Origin: Bacteroidales bacterium
Lineage (GTDB): Bacteria; Bacteroidota; Bacteroidia; Bacteroidales; JAHJDW01
Direction: 5' to 3'
DNA length: 64,000 bases
Assembly (NCBI GenBank): GCA_029004185.1
Contig: JAQUPB010000002.1
Span: 2,484 to 66,483, forward strand
The notes beneath the pieces were generated by a model. The model searched no databases, had not been told where the DNA came from, and saw only the letters and a list, made by a program, of their open reading frames with translations. Positions 24,730 to 34,625 of the stretch are shown here, piece after piece; the stretch's first letter is position 1, and each line of letters begins with the position of its first letter. The translations under genes and the position numbers were made by a program.

Positions 24730-25854
24730 ATGATTTTTGAACAGATAGGATGGATTGAGATAATTGCGATTATTTTTATTTTTTCTTTTGCAATACAGCT
24801 TTTTTACTATTTATTTTTTTTCGCAAGACTTGCATTTTATAAACCAAAGCAAACAAGCAGTTCAAAAGAGCCCGTGTCGGTTGTTATTTGTGCGAGGAAC
24901 GAAGCAGATAACTTGCAGGAAAACCTCCCTCTTATTTTACAGCAGGAATATCCGCAATACGAAGTTGTGGTTGTAAACGATTGCTCCGACGACCACACCG
25001 AATTTGTTTTGCACGATTTTGCAAAAAAATATTCTCATCTTAAAATCATCAATCTTTTAAAAAATGTAAATTTCTTTTCGGGAAAGAAATTCCCGCTTTC
25101 CATAGGTATTAAATCGGCAACGTATAATAATCTGCTTTTAACCGATGCCGACTGCAAACCAAACAGTAAAAACTGGATAAAGTCAATTGCTGAAAATTTT
25201 CTTGAAAAAACTGATATAGTCCTTGGTTACGGAGCTTACGAAAAAAAGAAGGGCTTGCTTAATAAGCTGATCAGGTATGACACTTTTTTCATTGCCTTGC
25301 AGTATCTGTCGTTTGCCCTTGCAAAAGTTCCTTATATGGGGGTGGGGCGTAACCTTGCTTATAAAAAGGATTTGTTTATCGGAAACAAAGGGTTCACTTC
25401 GCATTACAATGTACAGTCAGGCGATGATGATTTATTTATAAACAACGTGGCGAATAAAAACAATACGGGAATTTCAGTAAACAGCGACAGCCACATTTTA
25501 TCCGGTCCGTGCAATACTTTTTCGGGTTGGATAGTGCAGAAAAAAAGACATTTGAGTTCGGGCAGTTTATATAAGTTTAAGCATAAGTTTTTGCTCGGAA
25601 TGTTCATCCTTACCCAATTCCTGTTTTTTATGACATTCATTGCTTTAATATTTTTGAGTTTTCAGGTAATTACCCTTATTTTTGTTATTTTATTAAGACT
25701 TGTAATTCAATTACTCATATTTAAAAATTGCATGAAAAAGTTGAATGAAAAAGATTTATTATTAATTTCGCCGTTGTTTGAAATATTTTTCATAATTTTC
25801 AATCCGATTATTTATATTTCAAATAAGTTTTATAAAATTCATGCATGGAAATAA
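24730..25854 (+). CDS. membrane-embedded family 2 glycosyltransferase
   Basis: N-terminal TM helix, VSVVICARNEADNL, VVVVNDCSDD, TDADC, a QKKRH variant of QxxRW, and C-terminal TM helices. Confidence 0.8.
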   Translation: MIFEQIGWIEIIAIIFIFSFAIQLFYYLFFFARLAFYKPKQTSSSKEPVSVVICARNEADNLQENLPLILQQEYPQYEVVVVNDCSDDHTEFVLHDFAKKYSHLKIINLLKNVNFFSGKKFPLSIGIKSATYNNLLLTDADCKPNSKNWIKSIAENFLEKTDIVLGYGAYEKKKGLLNKLIRYDTFFIALQYLSFALAKVPYMGVGRNLAYKKDLFIGNKGFTSHYNVQSGDDDLFINNVANKNNTGISVNSDSHILSGPCNTFSGWIVQKKRHLSSGSLYKFKHKFLLGMFILTQFLFFMTFIALIFLSFQVITLIFVILLRLVIQLLIFKNCMKKLNEKDLLLISPLFEIFFIIFNPIIYISNKFYKIHAWK

Positions 25855-26456
25855 CAGCCAATCTTACCAATAAGGCGTTACGGGATTACAAGCTTGTTGT
25901 TGCAGCCATCGAAGGCGGCGACCAAAAGGCTTACTCCCAGCTTATGGATAACTATAAAGATTCGGTTTATTTCATGCTTTTGAAAATGACAAATAATGCC
26001 GATGATGCCGACGACCTCACTATTGAAGCATTCGGAAAAGCATTCAGAAATTTACACCAGTACACGCCCGATTTTGCTTTCAGCACATGGCTTTTTAAAA
26101 TTGCATCAAATAATTGCATTGATTACATAAGGAAAAAAAGGAAAAATTTAATTTCAATTGACAGGCCTTTCGAAAATGTTGATACTACGAGAGACCAGGG
26201 ACTCGAAATTCCTTCGGGAACACTCGATCCGGAAGAAGTTTTTATTAAACAGCAAAAAATAAAACTATTGCGTGAATTGGTTGAAAAACTAAAACCACGC
26301 TACCGTAAGCTTGTTGAAATGAGATATTTCAGCGAATACTCATATGAAGAAATAGCGGTGGAACTGAAACTTCCGATAGGTACTGTAAAGGCGCAGCTTT
26401 TCAGGGCAAGAGAGTTGCTTTATAATATTCTGAAAAAAACCCAGCATACTATATGA
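25845..26456 (+). CDS. RNA polymerase sigma-70 family (ECF-type) factor
   Basis: Region 2 is DDLTIEAFGKAF...WLFKIASNNCIDYIRKK. Region 4 is YSYEEIAVELKLPIGTVKAQLFRAREL. It overlaps the GT2 gene by 10 nt. Confidence 0.8.
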   Translation: MEITANLTNKALRDYKLVVAAIEGGDQKAYSQLMDNYKDSVYFMLLKMTNNADDADDLTIEAFGKAFRNLHQYTPDFAFSTWLFKIASNNCIDYIRKKRKNLISIDRPFENVDTTRDQGLEIPSGTLDPEEVFIKQQKIKLLRELVEKLKPRYRKLVEMRYFSEYSYEEIAVELKLPIGTVKAQLFRARELLYNILKKTQHTI

Positions 26457-26490
26457 TTATTTATAAATAAATTTTAAAAATATTTAAACT

Positions 26491-27132
26491 ATGAAAACAA
26501 AAGTATTATTCTGCATGTGTTTATTAATGACACTTTTTATTCCTAACCTGAAAGCACAGGATGATTTAGGGATTGACGAAGGCTTAAACCCGCGTCAGAT
26601 TTTCAGCTTTACATGCCCTCTTGCCGAAGGTTCCAAAATAGGCGATGATTATGGAATATCTCTTGGTGCAAGTGCAGGCGTTTTGCTGAATGAAAAGTTT
26701 TACATCGGTGCTTACGGATATAAACTCGCAAACACTTCAAATACTTTCAGGATGAATTATATGTGTGATGATTCTGTGGGACGGGACTTAAAACTTTCCT
26801 TTGGTCATGTGGGGCTGCTTATTGGCTATTATCATAATCAGGAAAATCCTGTTCACTGGGGCATTACTTCCAAATTTGGTATGGGAACCGTTTCATTGAT
26901 AGATGATGGTTACGGATATTATGCAAAGAAATATATGACTAACAATGTATATGTTGTTACTCCTCAACTGGAACTTGTATTTGATTTGTCCGACTGGATT
27001 AAATTTAACCTTGGGGTAGGCTACAGATACACAATAAATGTAAAAAATAAGGCATATTCCGAAAGTGCTTTTAATAGTCCTGTTATTTCATTAAGTTTTG
27101 TATTCGGAAAGTTCAGGGAAACCGAAGAATAA
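26491..27132 (+). CDS. hypothetical secreted protein, possibly outer-membrane beta-barrel
   Basis: Signal peptide MKTKVLFCMCLLMTLFIPNLKAQ, with alternating aromatic/Gly-rich strands. No family recognised. Confidence 0.4.
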   Translation: MKTKVLFCMCLLMTLFIPNLKAQDDLGIDEGLNPRQIFSFTCPLAEGSKIGDDYGISLGASAGVLLNEKFYIGAYGYKLANTSNTFRMNYMCDDSVGRDLKLSFGHVGLLIGYYHNQENPVHWGITSKFGMGTVSLIDDGYGYYAKKYMTNNVYVVTPQLELVFDLSDWIKFNLGVGYRYTINVKNKAYSESAFNSPVISLSFVFGKFRETEE

Positions 27133-27138
27133 ATTAAT

Positions 27139-27170
27139 TTGTGAAGTGGTGAAATTGTGAATTTGTGAGT
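27139..27170. repeat. degenerate word repeats after the stop of ORF 26491-27132
   Basis: TTGTGAAG TGGTGAAA TTGTGAAT TTGTGAG. Confidence 0.5.
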
Positions 27171-27315
27171 TTCAAGCCATTTGTAGTTTGTTGTTAAAAA
27201 GAATGATTCACTGAAGTTTCGACAGAAAAATCCTGACTCTTAAATTCTAAATTTATTCGATTGTTCGATTATTTCCGCCAGTTGGCGGATTCAAATACTC
27301 AAAGTTCTGGTATTA

Positions 27316-27347
27316 AAATCCTAAATCGTAAATCCCAAATCCTGAAT
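27316..27347. repeat. degenerate word repeats after the stop of the minus-strand ABC permease
   Basis: AAATCCTA AATCGTA AATCCCA AATCCTGAAT. The gene-sense reading is AGGATTT-type words. Confidence 0.5.
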
Positions 27348-28595
27348 TCAATTGGTTCTTATTGCAACCACAGGATCCAGGCGTGAAGCTACAAATGCCG
27401 GAATAAACCCCGAAATTATTCCTATGCCGGCAGAAATGGATAATCCCATCAAAACATTGGAGAGAGTAAGTGTCAAATTGAAATCAAGAAAAAACGAAAC
27501 AAAAAGTGTTCCCAGGTAAACCAGAAACAACCCTAAAGCTCCTCCGATAAGACAAAGAATAACCGATTCAAATAAAAACTGAAGAAGAATAAAATAATTT
27601 TTCGCACCGAGGGATTTCTGAATGCCTATGATATTCGTTCGTTCCCTCACCGAAACGAACATTATATTTGCAATTCCGAATCCCCCAACGATTATTGAAA
27701 ACCCACCGATAAGCCATCCTGCAATTGAAATTATTGCAAATAAACTGTCAAATCCTTTTGTAAGCAGGCTTGTTTCGTTTATTGCAAAGTCATCTTCAGC
27801 CAAAGGTTTCAGCTTTCTTATTGCACGCATTAAGCCGGTAAGTTCATCTTTAAGCTGTTCGTTTGACACACCTGCTTTCGCTTTTACTACAATCGTTGGG
27901 TCAACCCTGTCAGAACGTATATCAAGAACATTTCTTATGAAATTCACAGGAAGCATTATGGTATTATCGTTATTGCCGCCGAAGCTGTCTTCTCCTTCTT
28001 TTTTAAAAATTCCTATTACTTCAACTTTTCTTCCCAGTGTTTTCAATGATTTCCCGATGGGATTCAGATTTTCATACAGATTTTTTGCAATTTCCGAGCC
28101 TATAACCGCAACATTTTTTCCGCTGTTGAATTCGAGTTCGGAAATAAACCTTCCTTCGCTGAGTTCGATGCTCCATACTTTTTCATATTCATTGGAAATT
28201 CCATTTATTTGAATGTTTTCCATGCTATTATTTTGATATTCCGCTTTTTTGGAAGCTGACATTACGAATGTAACGGCATCGGTATAGCGTGAATTTTTCT
28301 TAATCGTTTCCATTTCCTTTATTGTGGGAAGAGGTCTGTTCATGTATTTCCACCACGGATAGTCGCCGCCAAAAGCCCATGGCCATTTCTGAACAAACAA
28401 TACGTTATCACCAAGCGAAGCAATGCTGTTGCGCACCTTGCTTTCCATAGAATCCACAACGGTAAAAACACAGATGATTGCAAAAATTCCGATTGTAATT
28501 CCAAGTAACGAAAGAATGGTGCGAAGCTTATTGACTATAATAGCGGTAACAGCGAATATGAAACTTTCTTTTATGAGTTTAATTAATAAAAACAT
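27348..28595 (-). CDS. ABC transporter permease (MacB-like periplasmic domain plus FtsX domain)
   Basis: 415 aa with an N-terminal TM helix, a large periplasmic domain, and three C-terminal TM helices with RTNIIGIQKSLGAKN. Confidence 0.8.
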   Translation of the reverse strand: MFLLIKLIKESFIFAVTAIIVNKLRTILSLLGITIGIFAIICVFTVVDSMESKVRNSIASLGDNVLFVQKWPWAFGGDYPWWKYMNRPLPTIKEMETIKKNSRYTDAVTFVMSASKKAEYQNNSMENIQINGISNEYEKVWSIELSEGRFISELEFNSGKNVAVIGSEIAKNLYENLNPIGKSLKTLGRKVEVIGIFKKEGEDSFGGNNDNTIMLPVNFIRNVLDIRSDRVDPTIVVKAKAGVSNEQLKDELTGLMRAIRKLKPLAEDDFAINETSLLTKGFDSLFAIISIAGWLIGGFSIIVGGFGIANIMFVSVRERTNIIGIQKSLGAKNYFILLQFLFESVILCLIGGALGLFLVYLGTLFVSFFLDFNLTLTLSNVLMGLSISAGIGIISGFIPAFVASRLDPVVAIRTN

Positions 28596-28746
28596 TAAGC
28601 AACTATTTTACTTGAAATCCGTATAATAAAATTTACCAAGAAAGTCGTAAATTTAAAAAATATAACCGCAAGTTCTAAAAAATTGTTTATTTCATAAAAT
28701 TTAGCAAATTTGCATACTTACAAACAAAGAAAACAGACATAAATTA

Positions 28747-30270
28747 ATGAAACCGAAAAAAATCAAAAGTGCCTTAATATCAGTTTATCATAAGGAAGGG
28801 ATTGCAGAAATAATCAAGAAACTTAATGAACTCGGAGTAAATATTTTTTCTACCGGAGGAACTCATAAATACATTGAAGAACTCGGGATTAAAGCCGTTT
28901 CGGTTGAAGATATGACATCATTTCCTTCGGTTTTCGGCGGAAGAGTGAAAACCCTGCATCCGAATATCTTTGGCGGAATACTTGCCCGCCGCGATAATGA
29001 AACCGATAAAAAAGAACTTGAAAAATATAAAATCAAAGAAATAGACCTCGTCATTGTTGACTTATATCCTTTTGAAGAAACAGTTGCAAATACCAATGAC
29101 GAAAAAGAAATAATTGAAAAAATAGATATTGGCGGAATATCACTGATAAGGGCAGCTGCAAAGAATTTTGAAGATGTTGTCGTTGTTCCGTCAGCAAAGT
29201 ATTATAAGGAATTTCATGAAATGCTTAACGGAAACAAAGGTGAATTTTCACTTGAACAAAGAAAAACATTTGCCGGCTATGCTTTTGATGTAACATCGGG
29301 ATACGATACTGCAATATTTAACTACTTCAACAAGGACAACGAAACAAAATCGTTTAAATATTCTGTATCGGGGGCTAAAGTTTTACGGTATGGCGAAAAC
29401 CCGCACCAAAAAGGCATTTTCTACGGCGATTTTGCACAGATGTTTGAACAGCTTAATGGCAAAGAATTATCATACAACAACCTTCTTGATGTTGACGCAG
29501 CAGTTAATATCATTGACGATTTTAAAGAAACTACATTTGCCGTTATAAAACACAATAACCCCTGTGGTTTGGCTTCACGCCCAAAACTTATTGATGCATG
29601 GAAAGATGCTCTCGCAGGCGACCCTGTTTCGGCATTCGGAGGAATATTAATTACCAATGAAACCATTGATAATGCTACGGCAGAAGAGATAAATAAACTT
29701 TTCTTTGAAGTAATCATAGCATCCGCTTATGAAAATAATGCCCTTAATTTATTGAAATCCAAGAAAAATAGAATAATTTTGCAGAGGAAGAACTTTGTAA
29801 AACCTGCAACTCAGTTCAGAACAATTCTGAACGGAATGCTCGAACAGCAAAAAGATACAGTGGTTATCGGAATTAATGATATGAAGCAAATTACCGATAC
29901 TGCTCCAAGTCAGAACGAATATACTGATTTGGAATTTGCCGATAAAGTTGTTAAGCATACAAAGTCAAATGCAATAGTTCTGGCAAAAAATAAGCAGTTG
30001 CTGGCAGGTGGTGCAGGGCAGACATCAAGGGTTGATGCATTAAAGCAGGCAATAGCAAAAGCAAAGGAATTCAAATTCGATCTGAACGGAGCAGTTATGG
30101 CTTCCGATGCATTTTTTCCTTTTGCAGATTGTGTTGAAATTGCACATAAAGCAGGAATTACCGCAATTATTCAACCGGGTGGTTCAATCAATGATAAAGA
30201 CTCAATTGAATATTGCAATAAAAATAAAGTAGCGATGGTTCTTACAGGAATAAGGCATTTTAAACATTAA
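28747..30270 (+). CDS. purH: bifunctional AICAR transformylase / IMP cyclohydrolase
   Basis: 507 aa with ALISVYHKEG, STGGT, VIKHNNPCGLA and QPGGS. Confidence 0.9.
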   Translation: MKPKKIKSALISVYHKEGIAEIIKKLNELGVNIFSTGGTHKYIEELGIKAVSVEDMTSFPSVFGGRVKTLHPNIFGGILARRDNETDKKELEKYKIKEIDLVIVDLYPFEETVANTNDEKEIIEKIDIGGISLIRAAAKNFEDVVVVPSAKYYKEFHEMLNGNKGEFSLEQRKTFAGYAFDVTSGYDTAIFNYFNKDNETKSFKYSVSGAKVLRYGENPHQKGIFYGDFAQMFEQLNGKELSYNNLLDVDAAVNIIDDFKETTFAVIKHNNPCGLASRPKLIDAWKDALAGDPVSAFGGILITNETIDNATAEEINKLFFEVIIASAYENNALNLLKSKKNRIILQRKNFVKPATQFRTILNGMLEQQKDTVVIGINDMKQITDTAPSQNEYTDLEFADKVVKHTKSNAIVLAKNKQLLAGGAGQTSRVDALKQAIAKAKEFKFDLNGAVMASDAFFPFADCVEIAHKAGITAIIQPGGSINDKDSIEYCNKNKVAMVLTGIRHFKH

Positions 30271-30296
30271 AATAAAAATTTCAAACAAAAATAAAA

Positions 30297-31319
30297 ATGG
30301 GACTCTTTTCCTTTTTAACAAAAGAAATAGCAATTGACTTGGGTACAGCCAATACTTTGATTATATATAATGATAAAGTTGTAGTTGATGAACCGTCTAT
30401 TGTAGCTATCGACAGGACAACAGGCAGGATTATGGCGGTGGGTAAGCAGGCGCAAATGATGCATGGTAAAACCCACGAAAATATTAAAACCATTCGTCCA
30501 TTGAAAGATGGCGTTATTGCCGATTTTCAGGCAGCAGAACACATGATCCGCGGAATGATAAAAATGATAGGCACTCATAATGGCATATTTGCTCCATCAC
30601 TGAAAATGGTTATCTGCATACCATCGGGAATCACCGAAGTTGAAGAACGTGCTGTCCGCGACTCTGCCGAACATGCAGGTGCAAAGGAAGTGCGTCTTAT
30701 TCATGAACCCATGGCTGCTGCAATAGGCATTGGACTTGATGTTCTTGAACCCGAAGGAAGAATGGTTATTGATATCGGCGGCGGAACCAGCGAAGTAGCT
30801 GTCATAGCACTTGGCGGTATCGTATGCAACAAATCGGTTCGAACTGCAGGTGATGTTTTTAATTACGATATTGAAGATTACATGCGCCGTCAGCATAACA
30901 TACTTGTGGGCGAAAGGTCGGCTGAAAAAATAAAAATTGAAGTCGGCGCCGCAATCGCCGAAATAGATAATCCTCCACCCGATTATGCAGTCCATGGCCG
31001 CGACCTTATGACGGGCATTCCGAAAGAAATTTATGTTTCTTATGTTGAAATTGCACACGCTCTTGACAAGTCAATTCTGAAGATTGAAACGGCAATTCTT
31101 AATGCACTTGAAATGACACCTCCCGAATTATCTGCCGATATTTACCGTACCGGAATTTATCTTGCAGGCGGCGGCGCACTTTTACGAGGACTTGATAAAC
31201 GAATTTCACTTAAAACAAAACTTCCGGTACATCTGGCGGAAGACCCTCTGCGTGCCGTAGCCCGCGGAACAGGCATCGCCCTCAAAAACTTCGATAAGTT
31301 CCCGTTCCTGATAAAATAG
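30297..31319 (+). CDS. mreB: rod shape-determining protein MreB
   Basis: 340 aa with IAIDLGTANT, VIDIGGGTSEVAV and LAGGGALLRGLD. Confidence 0.9.
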   Translation: MGLFSFLTKEIAIDLGTANTLIIYNDKVVVDEPSIVAIDRTTGRIMAVGKQAQMMHGKTHENIKTIRPLKDGVIADFQAAEHMIRGMIKMIGTHNGIFAPSLKMVICIPSGITEVEERAVRDSAEHAGAKEVRLIHEPMAAAIGIGLDVLEPEGRMVIDIGGGTSEVAVIALGGIVCNKSVRTAGDVFNYDIEDYMRRQHNILVGERSAEKIKIEVGAAIAEIDNPPPDYAVHGRDLMTGIPKEIYVSYVEIAHALDKSILKIETAILNALEMTPPELSADIYRTGIYLAGGGALLRGLDKRISLKTKLPVHLAEDPLRAVARGTGIALKNFDKFPFLIK

Positions 31320-31390
31320 TTTTCAGTTTCCGGTCTTCAGTTCCCAGTTAAACTTCGACATTCGACATTCGGTGTTCGATATTCGATATT
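31319..31390. repeat. two runs of degenerate word repeats starting at the mreB stop
   Basis: GTTTTCAGTTTCCGGTCTTCAGTTCCCAGTT, then CTTCGACATTCGACATTCGGTGTTCGATATTCGATATT. Confidence 0.55.
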
Positions 31391-31437
31391 TTTTGTATTT
31401 CAAGACATAGCTCGTGTGTTTGCTGTCCTCTCCTTTT

Positions 31438-34398
31438 TTAAGGAGGGGATAAAGGGGAAGTTTTCACAAACTTTCCAATACTCACTCCATTCTCATTCAC
31501 AATTTTTATAAAATAAATTCCGCTTGATAAATCGCTAACATCCACTCGTAGCTCATGGCTCACAGCTTGAAGCTTTTTTATTTCCTGCCCGCTAATATTA
31601 TAAATTGCAATTGTGCTTTGCTTTGAGGTTTGCGGGAGTTCGATTGTTATTTTATCGGTTGCGGGGTTTGGATAAACATTAAACAAAATATTTTCAGTAA
31701 AAGATTTTTCTTTTATGTCCATATTAGCATTGTACGACCATACAACATAAACCGAATTATCGGCTGTTTTGTTGTTTCTATAAGGCGTCCAGTCGTTACC
31801 AAATATTTCGTAGTTTCTTTTGGAAAAAGGAATTGCATTATCGGAGTAAAGTTTAAAACCTTTGCGGAGTCTAAATTTAACGGCAATCCCGCCATCATTT
31901 AAAATTATACTGTTTACCGGAATAAAATATTTTTCATAACTGTTCAGGGGTTTTAAAGAAAGGGAAGTTAAATCAATTGCAAGCTCCGGAGTTAATGGGT
32001 TTATTTTATCAATAATAGCATTTGTATCAATTTTAAAAAGCTGAATGTAAGCATTCAGATTACTGTCAGGAGCATCAGTTGTCCGGTAAATCCAGAGACC
32101 AACAGAATCAATAGTAATAGGAAAAATATCTTTGCATGGTAAAAAATCAACAGCGCCGGTATCAAAACTAAATGAGTATTTCCATGGTACACCAAAAATT
32201 GCAGGAGGAGAAATCCATGAAAATTGTTTTTTTACGGCAGATGAATCCACTACTGCCACTTCAATTGTCAGGCTGTCGTTATTTGTTTCAATATCACCCG
32301 GAGTTTTCTGTTTTACTTTTACAGCGTATGTTTGTAAATTTGAAAAATTAAAATCATGATTTAAAGTTATTATTTTTGAATCTCCTGCACATATTGAATC
32401 TATTAATTCTTCGGAAGAATTAACAGCAGTGCTGTCGTTTAATTTTATTCCTGCACTTACGTTTATGTTTGTAGCATCAATGGTTCCGGTGTTTGATATT
32501 TTTGCTTTTATTTTTTTTGTTCCCTTTAAAATTATATTTCCTTTATTATCATTTTTATCGCAATCTTCAAGTGAAACCCATTCAACAGAAACATCTTTAA
32601 ACAAAGGATGACTGTGGGTATAATAACCAAGAATGCATAAACCCGGTAAAAATGTTTCGCCGTTATTAAAAATTGTATCATGTCGGAGTTGCGGATTATT
32701 ATTGTTTAACCATGTATAGTCGATTATTCCAGAAACATCTTCACATCCTATTTTCAAATCACTTGTTGTTATGCCCATGAATGCTTCATAATTCTGATAT
32801 TGGAACTTAAAATTCCCGTCTTTATAATATATTGCCTGCATTGTTATTTTTCCCGAAAAACCGGGTGCCGCTTTCTGGTAGGAGGAATAATCTTTCCACG
32901 TCACAATAAATTTATCGGTATCGGTTCTGTAAAATAATTTTGAACTGTCAGCAGGAAATAAATCGGTTAAGAATGGTGCAATAAAATTATTCGGTAAATC
33001 GGTTGAAGGCATTGCGCCGAAAGGAGAGGATAAAGCATCGGAAGAACTGAAACCGATGTAACCATTATCGCCGACATAAAATTTGTTTATTTTATAATTA
33101 TCTCTGAAAAAAATAAAATCCTGCCCGATGTTAAACGGACCTTTTACTCCGTCGTTTGTAAGATTATTAACTTCTGTACCGCTTCCATCGGTTATATCAA
33201 GCCAGTTATACACAAGCAGAGGATATTTTGAAACAGAATCAGTATCTAATTTATTTGATATTAGTTTATAAGCATCGTCGTTTTCGGGAGGAAGAAATTT
33301 AGGTTTTATACCAGTTACCATCAGATTATTTACAGTAAAATTATAACTCGAAGGATTTAAATTTCCGATTGCATAATAACCATTGTAATCTCCCGACCAT
33401 CCCCAGTTGAAATGAAATTTATCATCACTGCTTCTGTATCCGTCGCAAACAAAGGCGTGACCGCCGCTGCCGCCGGTGCCATTATATAAAACCGGACGAT
33501 TTGAATTAAGTTCATTTATGATTTCATTTTTCCATGCATAGTCATTCGGGAAGTCATATTTTGCCTTTACTTCAACAGAGTTTGAGTAATTAAAATAATT
33601 TTTCAGAGCATATGGAACAGTTGTAATAAACGAGAACGAACCCGTAGCGCCGTAATTCATATCAACGGATACTCCGCAGTGATAAATTAAAGTGGCAACA
33701 GCAGAATTGCTCGAAATAATAGAATCAGGCATCGAAGTCCAGTTATAAAATGTATTTCCGAAATCGGCATAAACCGAATCATTAACACCGAGAAAATATT
33801 TATGGCTTCCTGTTCCTTTTTCAGGATAGCTGTGATATTTTAAAATCTGAGCCATTGCAGTAGCTAAACATCCTGCAAATGTATGATATCCCGGACCGGC
33901 TGAATCAACCGGACACATTTCATTATAATAAATGTTCTGGTTCCATTTGGTTGTTAGCAAAGGTTGAATGTCTTCGGTATTTTTTTTGAAAGATAGCGCA
34001 ATTATTTTTTCCCATTCTTCTTTGGTTTGCGAGTTGCTTATATTATTATCAATAATAAATTTTATTTCTTCACAATAATTATCGAACCATGATTTAACTG
34101 CGGGATTATTTATTTTTTGTTCAAACTTACCTTCGCTCGAATGTGCTAACACAGGAATAACGGCATCGTCGGCAGAAACAATTACAAAACCTCCGCCTCG
34201 GAAATTAAAAACATAAAAAGCTGTTGTGCCGTTATAAGTATTTTCAAATTCTGATGAAATGGGGTAATCGTTTTTTGATGAACTAAAATATTTGTAGTAG
34301 TTGACAGCAATCTTTCTTGCATAATCTTTTGTAACAGGTGCGCTGTAAAGCAAACCCGAAGCAAAAAAAATAATCAGAAGAAAGATGTTTCTTTTCAT
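31438..34398 (-). CDS. C10 family cysteine peptidase (paralogue 1) with long unassigned region and T9SS C-terminal domain
   Basis: 986 aa with signal peptide and an N-terminal Spi/propeptide-like domain (YVFNFRGGGFVIVSADDAVIPVLA). Catalytic Cys context is AGCLATAMAQILKYH, His context GGHAFVCDGY, plus FNWGWSG. T9SS CTD is VYPNPATDKITIEL...GIYFIKIV. Confidence 0.8.
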   Translation of the reverse strand: MKRNIFLLIIFFASGLLYSAPVTKDYARKIAVNYYKYFSSSKNDYPISSEFENTYNGTTAFYVFNFRGGGFVIVSADDAVIPVLAHSSEGKFEQKINNPAVKSWFDNYCEEIKFIIDNNISNSQTKEEWEKIIALSFKKNTEDIQPLLTTKWNQNIYYNEMCPVDSAGPGYHTFAGCLATAMAQILKYHSYPEKGTGSHKYFLGVNDSVYADFGNTFYNWTSMPDSIISSNSAVATLIYHCGVSVDMNYGATGSFSFITTVPYALKNYFNYSNSVEVKAKYDFPNDYAWKNEIINELNSNRPVLYNGTGGSGGHAFVCDGYRSSDDKFHFNWGWSGDYNGYYAIGNLNPSSYNFTVNNLMVTGIKPKFLPPENDDAYKLISNKLDTDSVSKYPLLVYNWLDITDGSGTEVNNLTNDGVKGPFNIGQDFIFFRDNYKINKFYVGDNGYIGFSSSDALSSPFGAMPSTDLPNNFIAPFLTDLFPADSSKLFYRTDTDKFIVTWKDYSSYQKAAPGFSGKITMQAIYYKDGNFKFQYQNYEAFMGITTSDLKIGCEDVSGIIDYTWLNNNNPQLRHDTIFNNGETFLPGLCILGYYTHSHPLFKDVSVEWVSLEDCDKNDNKGNIILKGTKKIKAKISNTGTIDATNINVSAGIKLNDSTAVNSSEELIDSICAGDSKIITLNHDFNFSNLQTYAVKVKQKTPGDIETNNDSLTIEVAVVDSSAVKKQFSWISPPAIFGVPWKYSFSFDTGAVDFLPCKDIFPITIDSVGLWIYRTTDAPDSNLNAYIQLFKIDTNAIIDKINPLTPELAIDLTSLSLKPLNSYEKYFIPVNSIILNDGGIAVKFRLRKGFKLYSDNAIPFSKRNYEIFGNDWTPYRNNKTADNSVYVVWSYNANMDIKEKSFTENILFNVYPNPATDKITIELPQTSKQSTIAIYNISGQEIKKLQAVSHELRVDVSDLSSGIYFIKIVNENGVSIGKFVKTSPLSPP

Positions 34399-34433
34399 AA
34401 AAAATAATAACGATCGTCCGAATAAAATGTTTT

Positions 34434-34527
34434 ATCAGGGCTGAAGCCCTTATTATATGCGTTTTCTATAACCCCAGCCTTAAGGCTGGGGTTAATAAAT
34501 ATAACTCCATTTTGGACTTTAGTCCTG
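34434..34527. repeat. three-hairpin element (copy B)
   Basis: ATCAGGGCTGAAGCCC ... CCCCAGCC-TTAA-GGCTGGGG ... GGACTTTAGTCCTG. Its modules are homologous to 55-147, with diverged linkers. Confidence 0.6.
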
Positions 34528-34538
34528 CTTGCAACTTA

Positions 34539-34625
34539 TTAAATTAAATAACCTTTTGTAACTGGCGAGCTATAAAGCAAACCAGAAGCAAAAAAAATAA
34601 TCAGAAGAAAGATAGGTTTTTTCAT
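34539..34625 (-). pseudogene. duplicated 5' fragment of a C10 peptidase gene (signal peptide only)
   Basis: 34548-34634 is ~87% identical by hand alignment to 34321-34407, the 5' end of paralogue 1. It encodes MKKPIFLLIIFFASGLLYSSPVTKGYLI then a stop. Confidence 0.65.

Noticed and set aside
27622-28212. 196-aa plus-strand ORF antisense to the ABC permease, plus many other 60-150-aa track ORFs nested in or antisense to long genes (e.g. 948-1286, 5651-6031, 30597-31058, 51923-52330, 53155-53403, 60795-61229, 62186-62599).
   Set aside because: Each is fully overlapped by a longer ORF with clear family motifs. Their low-complexity, Ser/Phe/Ile-rich translations are typical of non-coding frames in AT-rich DNA.
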